From NCBI GenBank assembly GCA_041663665.1, contig JBAYMG010000006.1, forward strand, positions 1,918-65,917: 64,000 nucleotides of DNA. The letters run 5' to 3'. This DNA is from Candidatus Omnitrophota bacterium (lineage in GTDB: Bacteria > Omnitrophota > Gorgyraeia > Gygaellales > Profunditerraquicolaceae). Made by a program: the position numbers and the translations under genes. The notes under the pieces are model-generated. The model saw only the letters and a program-made list of their open reading frames with translations, was not told the origin of the DNA and made no database searches. Numbering within the stretch: the stretch's first letter is position 1; each line of letters opens with the position of its first letter. Of this stretch, positions 1 through 8,415 are shown piece by piece.

Positions 1-72
1 AAGCAATAAACCAATAGGCGAAAGCAATATTAAAACACCTAATCCAATCCATAATTTAGTCATTGTTTTCAT
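1..72 (-). CDS. cbiN: Co/Ni ECF-type transporter small membrane component CbiN (5' part only; the gene runs off the window start)
   Basis: Minus-strand ATG at 70-72 overlaps the cbiM stop (ATGA coupling). Translation MKTMTKLWIGLGVLILLSPIGLL is a single hydrophobic helix typical of CbiN. Under 60 aa inside the window, so absent from the ORF track. Confidence 0.5.
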   Translation of the reverse strand, partial: MKTMTKLWIGLGVLILLSPIGLLL

Positions 73-758
73 AATTTCACCTCTGCCTTTATACCTAAAA
101 GCTTAGATTCGTGTTTTTGCAAATACTTAACTACAAGTGCCGTAACAATACCTTCAACCCAGCCAAAAATTAAAAGGTGTTCACCAACCATGGCCGAAAC
201 AGCAACATTTAAACCGTAAGGACAATACAAAGTTTGGCCATTGGCAGTATGGTGCAATAAAGGCTGTAATCCAAATTCAATTCCGGCAAACAAAGCTGCA
301 AGATTTATAGCCAGATATCCGGCAATTCCAGCGGCAATCACTATGCGCTTAGAGCTAACCGCAGAATTATAGCTAATCATTTTATATATGTAGTATCCAG
401 CAAACGGTAAAACAAAAGCCATGTTAAAACAATTTGCGCCAATTGCCGTAATCCCGCCATCGCCGAATAACAACGCCTGAATTACCAAGGCCACAGTTAT
501 AGCAATACAAGCTGCCCAGGGGCCAAGCAATATTGCCACTATTACTCCTCCCACAGCATGCCCGGTGGTACCTCCGGGAATTGGGACATTAAACATCATT
601 ATCACAAAACTAAAAGCTGCGCCAATTGCCAGCATTGGCACTTGTTTTACACTCAGAGCTTTTTGGACAATCTTTGAGGCAATCGTCCAAATTGGCAACA
701 TCACTGCGTAAAAAAAACCACAAGTTAACGGCCCTAAATAACCATCTGGTATATGCAT
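69..758 (-). CDS. cbiM: Co/Ni uptake transporter substrate-capture component CbiM/NikM
   Basis: 229 aa. Starts MHIPDGYL and contains the HAVGG motif; multi-TM. Canonical CbiM N-terminus. Confidence 0.9.
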   Translation of the reverse strand: MHIPDGYLGPLTCGFFYAVMLPIWTIASKIVQKALSVKQVPMLAIGAAFSFVIMMFNVPIPGGTTGHAVGGVIVAILLGPWAACIAITVALVIQALLFGDGGITAIGANCFNMAFVLPFAGYYIYKMISYNSAVSSKRIVIAAGIAGYLAINLAALFAGIEFGLQPLLHHTANGQTLYCPYGLNVAVSAMVGEHLLIFGWVEGIVTALVVKYLQKHESKLLGIKAEVKL

Positions 759-887
759 ATTTCCTCCTTGTTTATCTAATCAGTGCTGACTAAATTTCCC
801 AGCCAGGCAACACTGGCGTACCCACCCTTCCAATCAAGCGGAGCATCTCGCACTAGCTCCGGGTGGCTACTTAGCGTTGGATATTCT
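759..887 (-). promoter_or_regulatory. GC-rich structured intercistronic leader upstream of cbiM (candidate riboswitch or attenuator)
   Basis: 129 nt of far higher GC than surrounding DNA. The minus-strand RNA has nested helices CCACCC/GGGUGG enclosing GGAGC/GCUCC, then GCCAG/CUGGC, with long-range CAGUG/CACUG pairing. It ends in an AAGGAGG SD before the cbiM AUG. Confidence 0.35.
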
Positions 888-1817
888 TTAAAAAGCATAC
901 ACTCCGGTTAGAACTATTGAATCATTGGCATCTGTATTTACCCCGGCTACCACTCTCTGATAAGCCAGCAATAATTGTACTTTATCGCATGACCAGCCTA
1001 TACCGGGAGAAATAGTAAGATAACTTACCGAAGTCGATACAGTTCTTTGCCCAGCTTCCCAGGTATCACCCTGTAAATATCCATTTGCCTCAAGCATTAA
1101 ATTAAAGCCTTTGGGCAAAAAGTACTCTACTCCCAAATCATAATTAGCATAACTGGCATATCTTGTTTTTATCCCATCGACCATAACTTTCTGCGGAAAA
1201 CTAAAAATGGCATCCGCATGAAGCACAAACGGTTTAAGCTTCTTAGTCAAATTGAAGCCAAAACCAGGATCCCAAGAACCGCTGCCCATAGCATCAGTTC
1301 CCAATTTATCTGGACTAAAATGCTGATATTTGCCTGTCGGCATTTTAAGTTGCAGTAATCCGGTTAAATGCGGCAACCAACCCTGATCCTCTAAAGCACA
1401 GTAGCGCAAAAATAAGTAGCTGTCACCAAAACCGTTTTTTTGAGCACTTGCGCCATCCTGCTTAACATAATTTTCCTGATAAACGGCTTGAGCATCAATT
1501 TCAATCCTGTCCGTAATTCCATATTGTATAAATAACTGCTCTTGATATTGAGATTGCCTATCCCCTTTAGCCAAACTGCGATATTTCCCGTCTGAGTCAA
1601 AGGTACCCCTGGTCCGATTATAAAAAATAAATGGCTGGATTACAAACTGCCCCTTGGAACAAACCGGAGCGGTCCAGGTAGTAAGCGTTCCTGCTGAAAC
1701 AGGATTCCATTCTTTTGAAACCTCAGACACTGCAGTCGCCTCTTCTGCCCAAACGCTTAAGGGAACGAGCAAAATGGCGGAACCGATTGAAACAAAAACT
1801 AAAAATTTACGTAACAT
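888..1817 (-). CDS. outer-membrane beta-barrel protein (MetA/phenol-pathway-like OM channel family), signal peptide, C-terminal ...GVYAF
   Basis: 309 aa. N-terminal signal peptide (AILLVPLSVWA) and alternating amphipathic beta strands. Terminal aromatic residue typical of OM barrels. Sits between nikR and cbiM. Confidence 0.6.
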   Translation of the reverse strand: MLRKFLVFVSIGSAILLVPLSVWAEEATAVSEVSKEWNPVSAGTLTTWTAPVCSKGQFVIQPFIFYNRTRGTFDSDGKYRSLAKGDRQSQYQEQLFIQYGITDRIEIDAQAVYQENYVKQDGASAQKNGFGDSYLFLRYCALEDQGWLPHLTGLLQLKMPTGKYQHFSPDKLGTDAMGSGSWDPGFGFNLTKKLKPFVLHADAIFSFPQKVMVDGIKTRYASYANYDLGVEYFLPKGFNLMLEANGYLQGDTWEAGQRTVSTSVSYLTISPGIGWSCDKVQLLLAYQRVVAGVNTDANDSIVLTGVYAF

Positions 1818-1831
1818 TCACTCTCCTTTTT

Positions 1832-1859
1832 TGTGTTACCAATAAATATTTCGTGTTAC
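1832..1859. promoter_or_regulatory. direct repeat TGTGTTAC(N12)TGTGTTAC in the nikR–OMP intergenic promoter region (candidate operator)
   Basis: Two identical octamers with 20-bp centre-to-centre spacing, immediately upstream of the OMP start. Confidence 0.25.
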
Positions 1860-1879
1860 TATAAAATAAAAAAATAAAC

Positions 1880-2290
1880 CTAAATACTTTTACCTACAGT
1901 TGACATGCTTAATATGCCATGTTTTACCCCTTTTATTGCTTTTAAACTATCTGCCAGTTTCTGGACATCCTTAGGGCTGCCCTTTACTGCCACTATCTCC
2001 AGGCAATTATCATGATCCAAATGAATATGCTGCGCGGAAATTATGGCCCCACCAAAATCGTGCTGGATATCCATAAGCTTATTAATTAATTCCTTCTTAT
2101 GATGGTTATAAATTAAGGTAACTGCTCCGGCAACCTCTTCTTTTCCCTGCCACTGCTTCTGAACCAGCTCCTGGCGGATTAAATCACGAAAAGCTTGCGA
2201 ACGATTAGTATATTTTTTATCTCTGATAAAATGATCGAACTTAATCAAAAGATCTTTATCTATCGAAACTCCGAAACGGATTAATGGCAT
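1880..2290 (-). CDS. nikR: nickel-responsive regulator NikR (RHH DNA-binding plus C-terminal metal-binding domain)
   Basis: 136 aa. MPLIRFGVSIDKDLL ribbon-helix-helix N-terminus. The C-terminal region carries His/Cys metal-site residues (HxHxDHxxCLE-type). Confidence 0.85.
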   Translation of the reverse strand: MPLIRFGVSIDKDLLIKFDHFIRDKKYTNRSQAFRDLIRQELVQKQWQGKEEVAGAVTLIYNHHKKELINKLMDIQHDFGGAIISAQHIHLDHDNCLEIVAVKGSPKDVQKLADSLKAIKGVKHGILSMSTVGKSI

Positions 2291-2309
2291 AATTCCCTCT
2301 TAAATAACG

Positions 2310-2334
2310 TGCTACTAATTTTAGAAATGTAGCA
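2310..2334. promoter_or_regulatory. palindrome TGCTAC-N13-GTAGCA upstream of nikR (candidate NikR autoregulatory operator)
   Basis: Perfect 6-bp arms separated by an AT-rich 13-bp spacer, about 20 bp upstream of the nikR start codon. Confidence 0.3.
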
Positions 2335-2336
2335 TA

Positions 2337-3563
2337 TTAAATATTCACTGTCAACACTTCTCTTTTTAAAATAAAGAAAACCGCAATAGCCGCTATTTCA
2401 ACAATAGTACTAAGCACAATAACCGCAAGTATGGAATTCTCATAAAGTAAACCGGTAATCAAGCTGCCAATGAATATTGCCAGCCCATAAGCGGCATTAA
2501 ATATGCCATAGCCGGTACCTCTCTTTTTTAACGAAGTCAGGTCCGCAATTGATGACCTCATCACTGTTTCATGAAAACCCATAACAATTCCCCAGACAAT
2601 TGCCCCGGTTAAAACTAGAGAAAATTTTTCCGAGAAAACCAGCACCGGGATAAATAATGAAAACGCCGGGATAGCAATTAAAGTAATTAACCCTGCTTTT
2701 TCATTTTTATGCTTGGTTTTAAAAATATCATAGGTTCGGCCAATAGCTAAAGCTGCCAGGGCATCGACTCCCATGGCTAAAGCATAAAATAAAGGAATTT
2801 GCGCATCAGTTAAAATATGCTTAGCTTTAAAATGATAACCAATTAAGGCAAAATTAGCAAACCCTAAAGTAGTAATAAAAGTAAAAATTGTATAAATCCA
2901 AAAAATCCTGCTTAATCTATCTGATTCCGGATTTTTAATTACCGAAGCCTCTAAGAGTTCAGGATTGGGAACCCGGCGATAGGCAAAAATAAGGCAGAAT
3001 ATAACCAAAACCAATGGAATCCAAAGTAAAGAATAACCAAGCTGGTAATCAACTAAAGACCTCTCTCCTCTGCCAAGAAACATGAAAAATATTGCAAATA
3101 TCAACGGGCCGCTGATAGCTCCAATTTGATCAAGTACTTCAGCTATAGCAAAACCTAACCCTGTTCCCACCTGCTTAGTGGCTTGCGAAAGAATAGTATC
3201 TCTTGCCGGACTGCGAATAGCTTTCCCAAGCCTTTCCATAATAATAAAAACAACTGCGATTTGCCATATCCCGGTTAATGAAAGTAGTGGAACGCTGACT
3301 AGCATTCCATACCCTAAGAAAGTAAACAGCCAATAGGCCCTGGTTTTATCTGCAAAATACCCGGAAACCAAACGTATCCCATAGCCCAAGAACTCAGCAA
3401 TCCCGGCAACCAAACCAACCATGGCCGCATTAGCCCCGAGAGTCTTTAGATACGGCCCATTAACGCTGCGCGCCCCTTCATAAACTATATCCCCAAAAAG
3501 GCTGACCAGCCCAAAAAGTAAAATAAGTTTAAAGGCAGTTTTTTTATGATTATTCGTAAGCAT
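2337..3563 (-). CDS. MFS transporter
   Basis: 408 aa with 12 predicted TM segments and the MFS-type loop motif GKAIRSPARD. Confidence 0.8.
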   Translation of the reverse strand: MLTNNHKKTAFKLILLFGLVSLFGDIVYEGARSVNGPYLKTLGANAAMVGLVAGIAEFLGYGIRLVSGYFADKTRAYWLFTFLGYGMLVSVPLLSLTGIWQIAVVFIIMERLGKAIRSPARDTILSQATKQVGTGLGFAIAEVLDQIGAISGPLIFAIFFMFLGRGERSLVDYQLGYSLLWIPLVLVIFCLIFAYRRVPNPELLEASVIKNPESDRLSRIFWIYTIFTFITTLGFANFALIGYHFKAKHILTDAQIPLFYALAMGVDALAALAIGRTYDIFKTKHKNEKAGLITLIAIPAFSLFIPVLVFSEKFSLVLTGAIVWGIVMGFHETVMRSSIADLTSLKKRGTGYGIFNAAYGLAIFIGSLITGLLYENSILAVIVLSTIVEIAAIAVFFILKREVLTVNI

Positions 3564-3567
3564 AAAA

Positions 3568-4695
3568 CTAATTCAATCCTTTCCGAAAACGCAAAGAACT
3601 TAAAGTAATAACGACTAACCCAATAAACAAAAGCGGCACCAACTGAGGCCAAAGTACTTCTATACCCACCCCTTTTAAAAAAACACTCCTGATAATTACC
3701 ATAAAATAACGCATAGGATTGAACACTGTAAACAACTGGACAACCTGAGGCATATTGGATATCGGGTAAGCAAAACCGGAAAGTAAAACTGCCGGCAAAT
3801 AAAAAAGAAATACCGACATATTTGCCTCCTGCTGAGTAGAGGATATCGTCGAAATAAACAAACCTATCCCCAGAGTAGTAAATAAATATATGCAGGTAGC
3901 AAATAACAGAAATAAAACATTTCCCCGCAAGGGTATATGAAACCAAAGCACACCCAGTATTGTAACCAGAACAACCTGAATCAACGCAATTATCCCAAAA
4001 GGCAAAAGCTTGCCAACGATTAGCTCAATCGGCCTTAAAGGGCTGACGGTTAATTGCTCCATCGTACCAATCTCTTTCTCTTTGACAATAGCCATAGCCG
4101 TTAACAAAAGAGACATCATAGTTACGATTGTGGCAATTACCCCAGGCAGGTAATAATTCCTGGAAATGAAATTTCCATTAAACCATGCGCGGTCGCGAAG
4201 CTCTACTCTAGGCACACTATTTGAAAATCCGGCTTTATCCGCCCGGTACTTAAGCAAGTTCTCCTGGTAAGTGCCAACCACTGCATTAGCATATCCCATA
4301 ATAATCATCGCGCTGTTTGAATCTGTTCCATCAAAAGCCAATGCAATACTAGCTTCCTTACCGGCATTAATGTTGCGGCCAAATCCACGGTCAATGCGGA
4401 TAACCGTGTTAACCGTACCTTTATCTAAAACATAATCCTGTTCCCGCTCACTAGAAATATATTTTTCCGGAACAAAATATTTAGAATAAGTAAACCTGCG
4501 CAAAAGGTCCCTGCTTTCAGCAGTGTTATCCTGGTCATAGATGGCAGTCGGGACATAAGTTATATCTTTATTGGCCGCATAACCAAATAAAATTATCTGA
4601 AGCAGCGGAGAGATAAAAATTATCACCTTCATCTGCCGATCACGGAAGATTTGCTTAAATTCCTTGATTAAAATTGCCTTTGCCCGTTCAAACAT
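3568..4695 (-). CDS. ABC-2 type exporter permease (YbhS/YbhR/YhhJ family)
   Basis: Family-typical N-terminus MFERAKAILIKEFKQIFRDRQ, a large periplasmic loop and 6 C-terminal TMs. The likely start is ATG at 4695, not the longest ORF. Confidence 0.8.
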   Translation of the reverse strand: MFERAKAILIKEFKQIFRDRQMKVIIFISPLLQIILFGYAANKDITYVPTAIYDQDNTAESRDLLRRFTYSKYFVPEKYISSEREQDYVLDKGTVNTVIRIDRGFGRNINAGKEASIALAFDGTDSNSAMIIMGYANAVVGTYQENLLKYRADKAGFSNSVPRVELRDRAWFNGNFISRNYYLPGVIATIVTMMSLLLTAMAIVKEKEIGTMEQLTVSPLRPIELIVGKLLPFGIIALIQVVLVTILGVLWFHIPLRGNVLFLLFATCIYLFTTLGIGLFISTISSTQQEANMSVFLFYLPAVLLSGFAYPISNMPQVVQLFTVFNPMRYFMVIIRSVFLKGVGIEVLWPQLVPLLFIGLVVITLSSLRFRKGLN

Positions 4696-4697
4696 GA

Positions 4698-4786
4698 GCA
4701 CCTCAAAGATTTTATTTAGCGAAACACTTACGAGCGCAAGCAAGTAAGTATGTGCACCTCAAAGATTTTATTTAGCGAAACACTTA
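4698..4786. repeat. 33-bp direct repeat (two copies 56 bp apart) duplicating the RBS/leader of the downstream ABC-2 permease
   Basis: gcacctcaaagattttatttagcgaaacactta at 4698-4730 and 4754-4786. Copy 1 ends 2 nt before the permease ATG and supplies its GAGGTG Shine-Dalgarno. Confidence 0.8.
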
Positions 4787-4793
4787 TAAATTT

Positions 4794-5936
4794 CTACGCC
4801 ACTTTCTTCTTAAATTTTCTTATAGCTAAAATAAACATCGAAAAAGCAAATATAAACAAGAATAATGCTTCATCCCATAAGGTAGCCATGCCATTACCTT
4901 TTAAGAATATATCCCTTAATACAGTAATATAATAACGTGCCGGGATAAGGTAAGTAAACGCTTGAATAACTTTCGGCATATTAAAGATCGGATAAATAAA
5001 TCCGGACAAAAGCATGGTCGGTATTAAAGTAGTGAGGCTGGCAAGCTGAGAGGCCATTAATTGTGTCTTAGAACTAACTGAGATTAATATTCCTTGCGAG
5101 AGAGCGCCGGTAAGGAACAAAGAACTTAAGATGATAAATAAAAAGAAATTGCCCCGAAAAGGCACGTTGAATAAAAAAACAGCCAAAATAACTCCAACAA
5201 ATAAATCAAAAAACGCAATAGCAAAATAGGGTATAAATTTACCAACAATCAGTTCCGGGCCTTTAATCGGGGTGGAAATTAACTGCTCCATGGTTCCTCT
5301 CTCCCATTCCCGGGCAAGCGTAATTGAAATAAGCAGCGCGGAAATAATCATGATAATCATCGCAATAACTCCGGGAATAATAAACCAAGTACTGACTTGG
5401 CCCATATTAAACCACATTCTCGGATGCGCATTCACCGATTTAACCGGGTTCATTCCGTGTTCTTCAAAAAGATTACTCAAAAGATCAATATTATATTTTG
5501 AAACAACTGAGTTAACGTAACCTAAAGCAATAGTTGCGGTATTAGCATCGCTGCCATCGACAATTAATTGTAACGGCGCAGCTTTGCCCGATCCCAAATA
5601 ATGCGAAAAATCTTTCGGAATGACTAAAGCCATTAACACCTGGCCGGAATCAATTTTATGCGTAATATCTTTATAATTATCTGTATAGCCGGTAATTTCA
5701 AAATATTTAGAATTTTTAAAATTGAGCAGGAAATTACGGGTGGTCTCCGAAGATGCATCCTGATTCCAGACAACGGTACGCACATGATCAATATCCAACG
5801 AAAGGCCATAGCCAAAAATTAAGAGCATAAATATCGGAATCGCCAAAGCCAGCCCCAGGCTACGCGGGTCGCGCTTAATCTGAACAAATTCCTTCCAGGC
5901 AACTGCTTTAATTCTTTTTAGGCTCTGTCCGGTCAT
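4794..5936 (-). CDS. ABC-2 type exporter permease (second paralogue)
   Basis: MTGQSLKRIKAVAWKEFVQIKRDPRS N-terminus, preceded by a GAGGAA SD. Same architecture as the neighbouring permease. Confidence 0.8.
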   Translation of the reverse strand: MTGQSLKRIKAVAWKEFVQIKRDPRSLGLALAIPIFMLLIFGYGLSLDIDHVRTVVWNQDASSETTRNFLLNFKNSKYFEITGYTDNYKDITHKIDSGQVLMALVIPKDFSHYLGSGKAAPLQLIVDGSDANTATIALGYVNSVVSKYNIDLLSNLFEEHGMNPVKSVNAHPRMWFNMGQVSTWFIIPGVIAMIIMIISALLISITLAREWERGTMEQLISTPIKGPELIVGKFIPYFAIAFFDLFVGVILAVFLFNVPFRGNFFLFIILSSLFLTGALSQGILISVSSKTQLMASQLASLTTLIPTMLLSGFIYPIFNMPKVIQAFTYLIPARYYITVLRDIFLKGNGMATLWDEALFLFIFAFSMFILAIRKFKKKVA

Positions 5937-6864
5937 ATTCCTCAATCGAAGAAACAAATACATCTTCTAAGGAAGGAACTATTTTACTCACACTGGATCC
6001 TTCCAAATCTTCATGCTTTAAAAATTCTTTTATTGCCCCCATTGCCTTCACGCTGTCATAAACCAGAGCGTGAATATTTGAACCAAAAAGCGCAGCTTCT
6101 TTAATCTGATCCAGCTTACTTATTTTTTCCAGCCAATTTTGAGAATGCGGCAATATAATTTCAAGCACATCATTTTTCATATAATTAGCCTTCATTTCAT
6201 TGGGGGTACCCATAGCAATGATTGTGCCGTGATAGATTAAAACCATCCGGTTACAATTTTCCGCTTCATCCATATAGTGAGTAGTTACAAATACCGTCAC
6301 CCCTTGAGAAGCTAAACGGTTAATAACCCCCCAAAAGTTAGCGCGGGTTATAGGATCAACCCCGCTAGTCGGTTCATCCAAAAATAGAATCTTAGGCTGA
6401 TGAATTAACGCGCATCCCAGAGCCAAGCGCTGTTTCCAACCGGCAGCTAAAGTAACCGTAAGATTTTTTTCCATGCCTTCTAAGCCCGCCGCACGGATAA
6501 CCGCATCAAAGCGTTCTTTTTTTTCTGCCTTTGGAATTTTATATATACCGCTATAAAAATTGATATTTTCTTCAACTGTCAAATCGTTATAAAGAGAAAA
6601 TTTCTGTGACATATAGCCAATATTCTCTTTGATTTTATTCTGTTCTTTAAAAATATCATATCCTCCGACATTCCCCCGTCCGGCAGTCGGAGCAATAATC
6701 CCACAAAGCATTCTGATGGTTGTCGATTTACCGGCCCCGTTTGGCCCCAAGAAACCGAACACCTCTCCCTGATTTACGGAAAAACTGATTTTATTCACCG
6801 CAGTAAAGCTGCCAAATTTTTTTTCAAGATTTTCTACGCTGACCGCGATATTATTTTGATTCAT
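5908..6864 (-). CDS. ABC transporter ATP-binding protein (second ATPase of a split YbhF-like pair)
   Basis: Walker A GPNGAGKST, ABC signature, Walker B. Confidence 0.85.
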   Translation of the reverse strand: MNQNNIAVSVENLEKKFGSFTAVNKISFSVNQGEVFGFLGPNGAGKSTTIRMLCGIIAPTAGRGNVGGYDIFKEQNKIKENIGYMSQKFSLYNDLTVEENINFYSGIYKIPKAEKKERFDAVIRAAGLEGMEKNLTVTLAAGWKQRLALGCALIHQPKILFLDEPTSGVDPITRANFWGVINRLASQGVTVFVTTHYMDEAENCNRMVLIYHGTIIAMGTPNEMKANYMKNDVLEIILPHSQNWLEKISKLDQIKEAALFGSNIHALVYDSVKAMGAIKEFLKHEDLEGSSVSKIVPSLEDVFVSSIEEYDRTEPKKN

Positions 6865-7582
6865 ATTCTTTGATGATAGTAATAAACGCCTCTTCTAAAG
6901 TTCTAACGTTACATTCCTTCTTAATATTATCCGGAGTATCGCACCTTAAAAGCTTTCCCTTATGCATCAGTCCAACCCGGTGGCAACGTTCCGCTTCGTC
7001 CAAATAAGAAGTAGAGCAAAAAATAGTCACCTTCTCTTTTAAAAGGTCATAAAGGATCTTCCAGAAATCCCGACGGCTGACCGGATCAACCCCATTAGTC
7101 GGCTCATCTAAAAATAAAACTTTGGGCGTGTGAATTAACGCACAGGCTAATCCCAATTTTTGTTTCATCCCTCCTGATAGTTTACCGGCAAACCGTTCTT
7201 TAAAAGGCAACAAGCCGGAAAACCCGAGTAAACGATCAACATCCGCTTGACGCTTATTTTTGGGAACACCATAAACATCGGCGTAGAAATTAATATTTTC
7301 AATCACGGTTAATTCTTCATAAAGCCCGAAACGTTGTGACATATAGGCAATACACTCTTTTAACTTCTCAGCTTCATTTACAGTATGCTGATTATAAACC
7401 CAAGCCTGGCCCTGGCTAGGGTCAAGGATACTGGTCAATAAACGCATAGTCGTAGTTTTACCCGCGCCGTCCGGGCCGACTAAACCAAAAATCTCCCCCT
7501 CTTCTACCTGGAGATTTAAATTATCTACAGCAGTGAGCGTTGCGAATTTTTTAGTTAAACCGACGGTTTTAATCGTAATCAT
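6851..7582 (-). CDS. ABC transporter ATP-binding protein (first ATPase of the split YbhF-like pair)
   Basis: Walker A GPDGAGKTT, LSGGMKQ signature, LFLDEPT Walker B. Confidence 0.85.
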   Translation of the reverse strand: MITIKTVGLTKKFATLTAVDNLNLQVEEGEIFGLVGPDGAGKTTTMRLLTSILDPSQGQAWVYNQHTVNEAEKLKECIAYMSQRFGLYEELTVIENINFYADVYGVPKNKRQADVDRLLGFSGLLPFKERFAGKLSGGMKQKLGLACALIHTPKVLFLDEPTNGVDPVSRRDFWKILYDLLKEKVTIFCSTSYLDEAERCHRVGLMHKGKLLRCDTPDNIKKECNVRTLEEAFITIIKEYESK

Positions 7583-7584
7583 TT

Positions 7585-8415
7585 TTACTCGATAATCAAG
7601 GCATCAGCCGGCATTCCCGGCTTTAATTCAAGGCTGGAATTATCTACCCTGACTTTAATCCGGTAGACTAATTTAACTCTCTCTTCTTGAGTTTGAATCG
7701 ATTTAGGAGTAAACTCTGCCTGACTGGAGATAAAAGAAATTTCACCCTTATATTTTCTATCTACGAAGGTATCAGTAACCACATCAGCCTGCTGGCCAAG
7801 TTTTACCTTGCCTAAATCTTTTTCATTAATATAAGCAGTAACCCAGATATTCTGCAGGTCAACTGCACTAAATACCGGAGCACCGGCTTTAACCACTTCT
7901 CCGCTTAAGCTGGACTTTACCAAAATATAACCATCCAAGGGAGAAGTCAGTTCCGCAAAACCAAGCCGCGTCTGGGATAAATCCAATGAAGCCTTTAACT
8001 GCTCGACTTTAGCTAAACTGGCATCATATTTTGTTTTATCCTGGTCTCTTTTCTGCATCGAGACTGCCCCCTCTTTAAGTAAATTCGCCGAACGCTCGAA
8101 ATCTACTTTTGCCAGTTGATAATCAAATTGCGCAGCCTTTAACGATGCTGCGGCGTTATCCCGCTCTTTAGCCAATTCATCAGTATTTAAACGCGCAACT
8201 AATTCATCTTTCTTAACGACTTTGCCCTCATCAGTAAGCAATTCAACAATCTGTCCGTCAACTCTAAAAGATATACGCACCACGTCCCCCTCAATGTTGC
8301 CAGAGACCTTAATAACCTTATTATATTTTTCTTTTTCTACAAAATACATTGCAGAGACTATTCCGGCAATAAAAACACCGATAATTAAAATTATCAAGTT
8401 AAGCTTTTTTTTCAT
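7585..8415 (-). CDS. HlyD-family membrane fusion protein (YbhG-like)
   Basis: N-terminal TM, coiled-coil and beta-barrel lipoyl-like regions. Overlaps the upstream TolC-like gene. Confidence 0.75.
   Translation of the reverse strand: MKKKLNLIILIIGVFIAGIVSAMYFVEKEKYNKVIKVSGNIEGDVVRISFRVDGQIVELLTDEGKVVKKDELVARLNTDELAKERDNAAASLKAAQFDYQLAKVDFERSANLLKEGAVSMQKRDQDKTKYDASLAKVEQLKASLDLSQTRLGFAELTSPLDGYILVKSSLSGEVVKAGAPVFSAVDLQNIWVTAYINEKDLGKVKLGQQADVVTDTFVDRKYKGEISFISSQAEFTPKSIQTQEERVKLVYRIKVRVDNSSLELKPGMPADALIIE

Noticed and set aside
759-887. Calling the cbiM leader a cobalamin riboswitch outright
   Set aside because: Only a partial B12-box-like GCACUG and a GGGAAA are visible by eye. Without a covariance-model search the class cannot be assigned, so it is reported only as a structured leader.
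3485-3946. 153-aa minus-strand ORF overlapping the MFS and ABC-2 permease genes
   Set aside because: Out-of-frame overlap with two well-supported genes. Tyr/Phe-rich nonsense composition.
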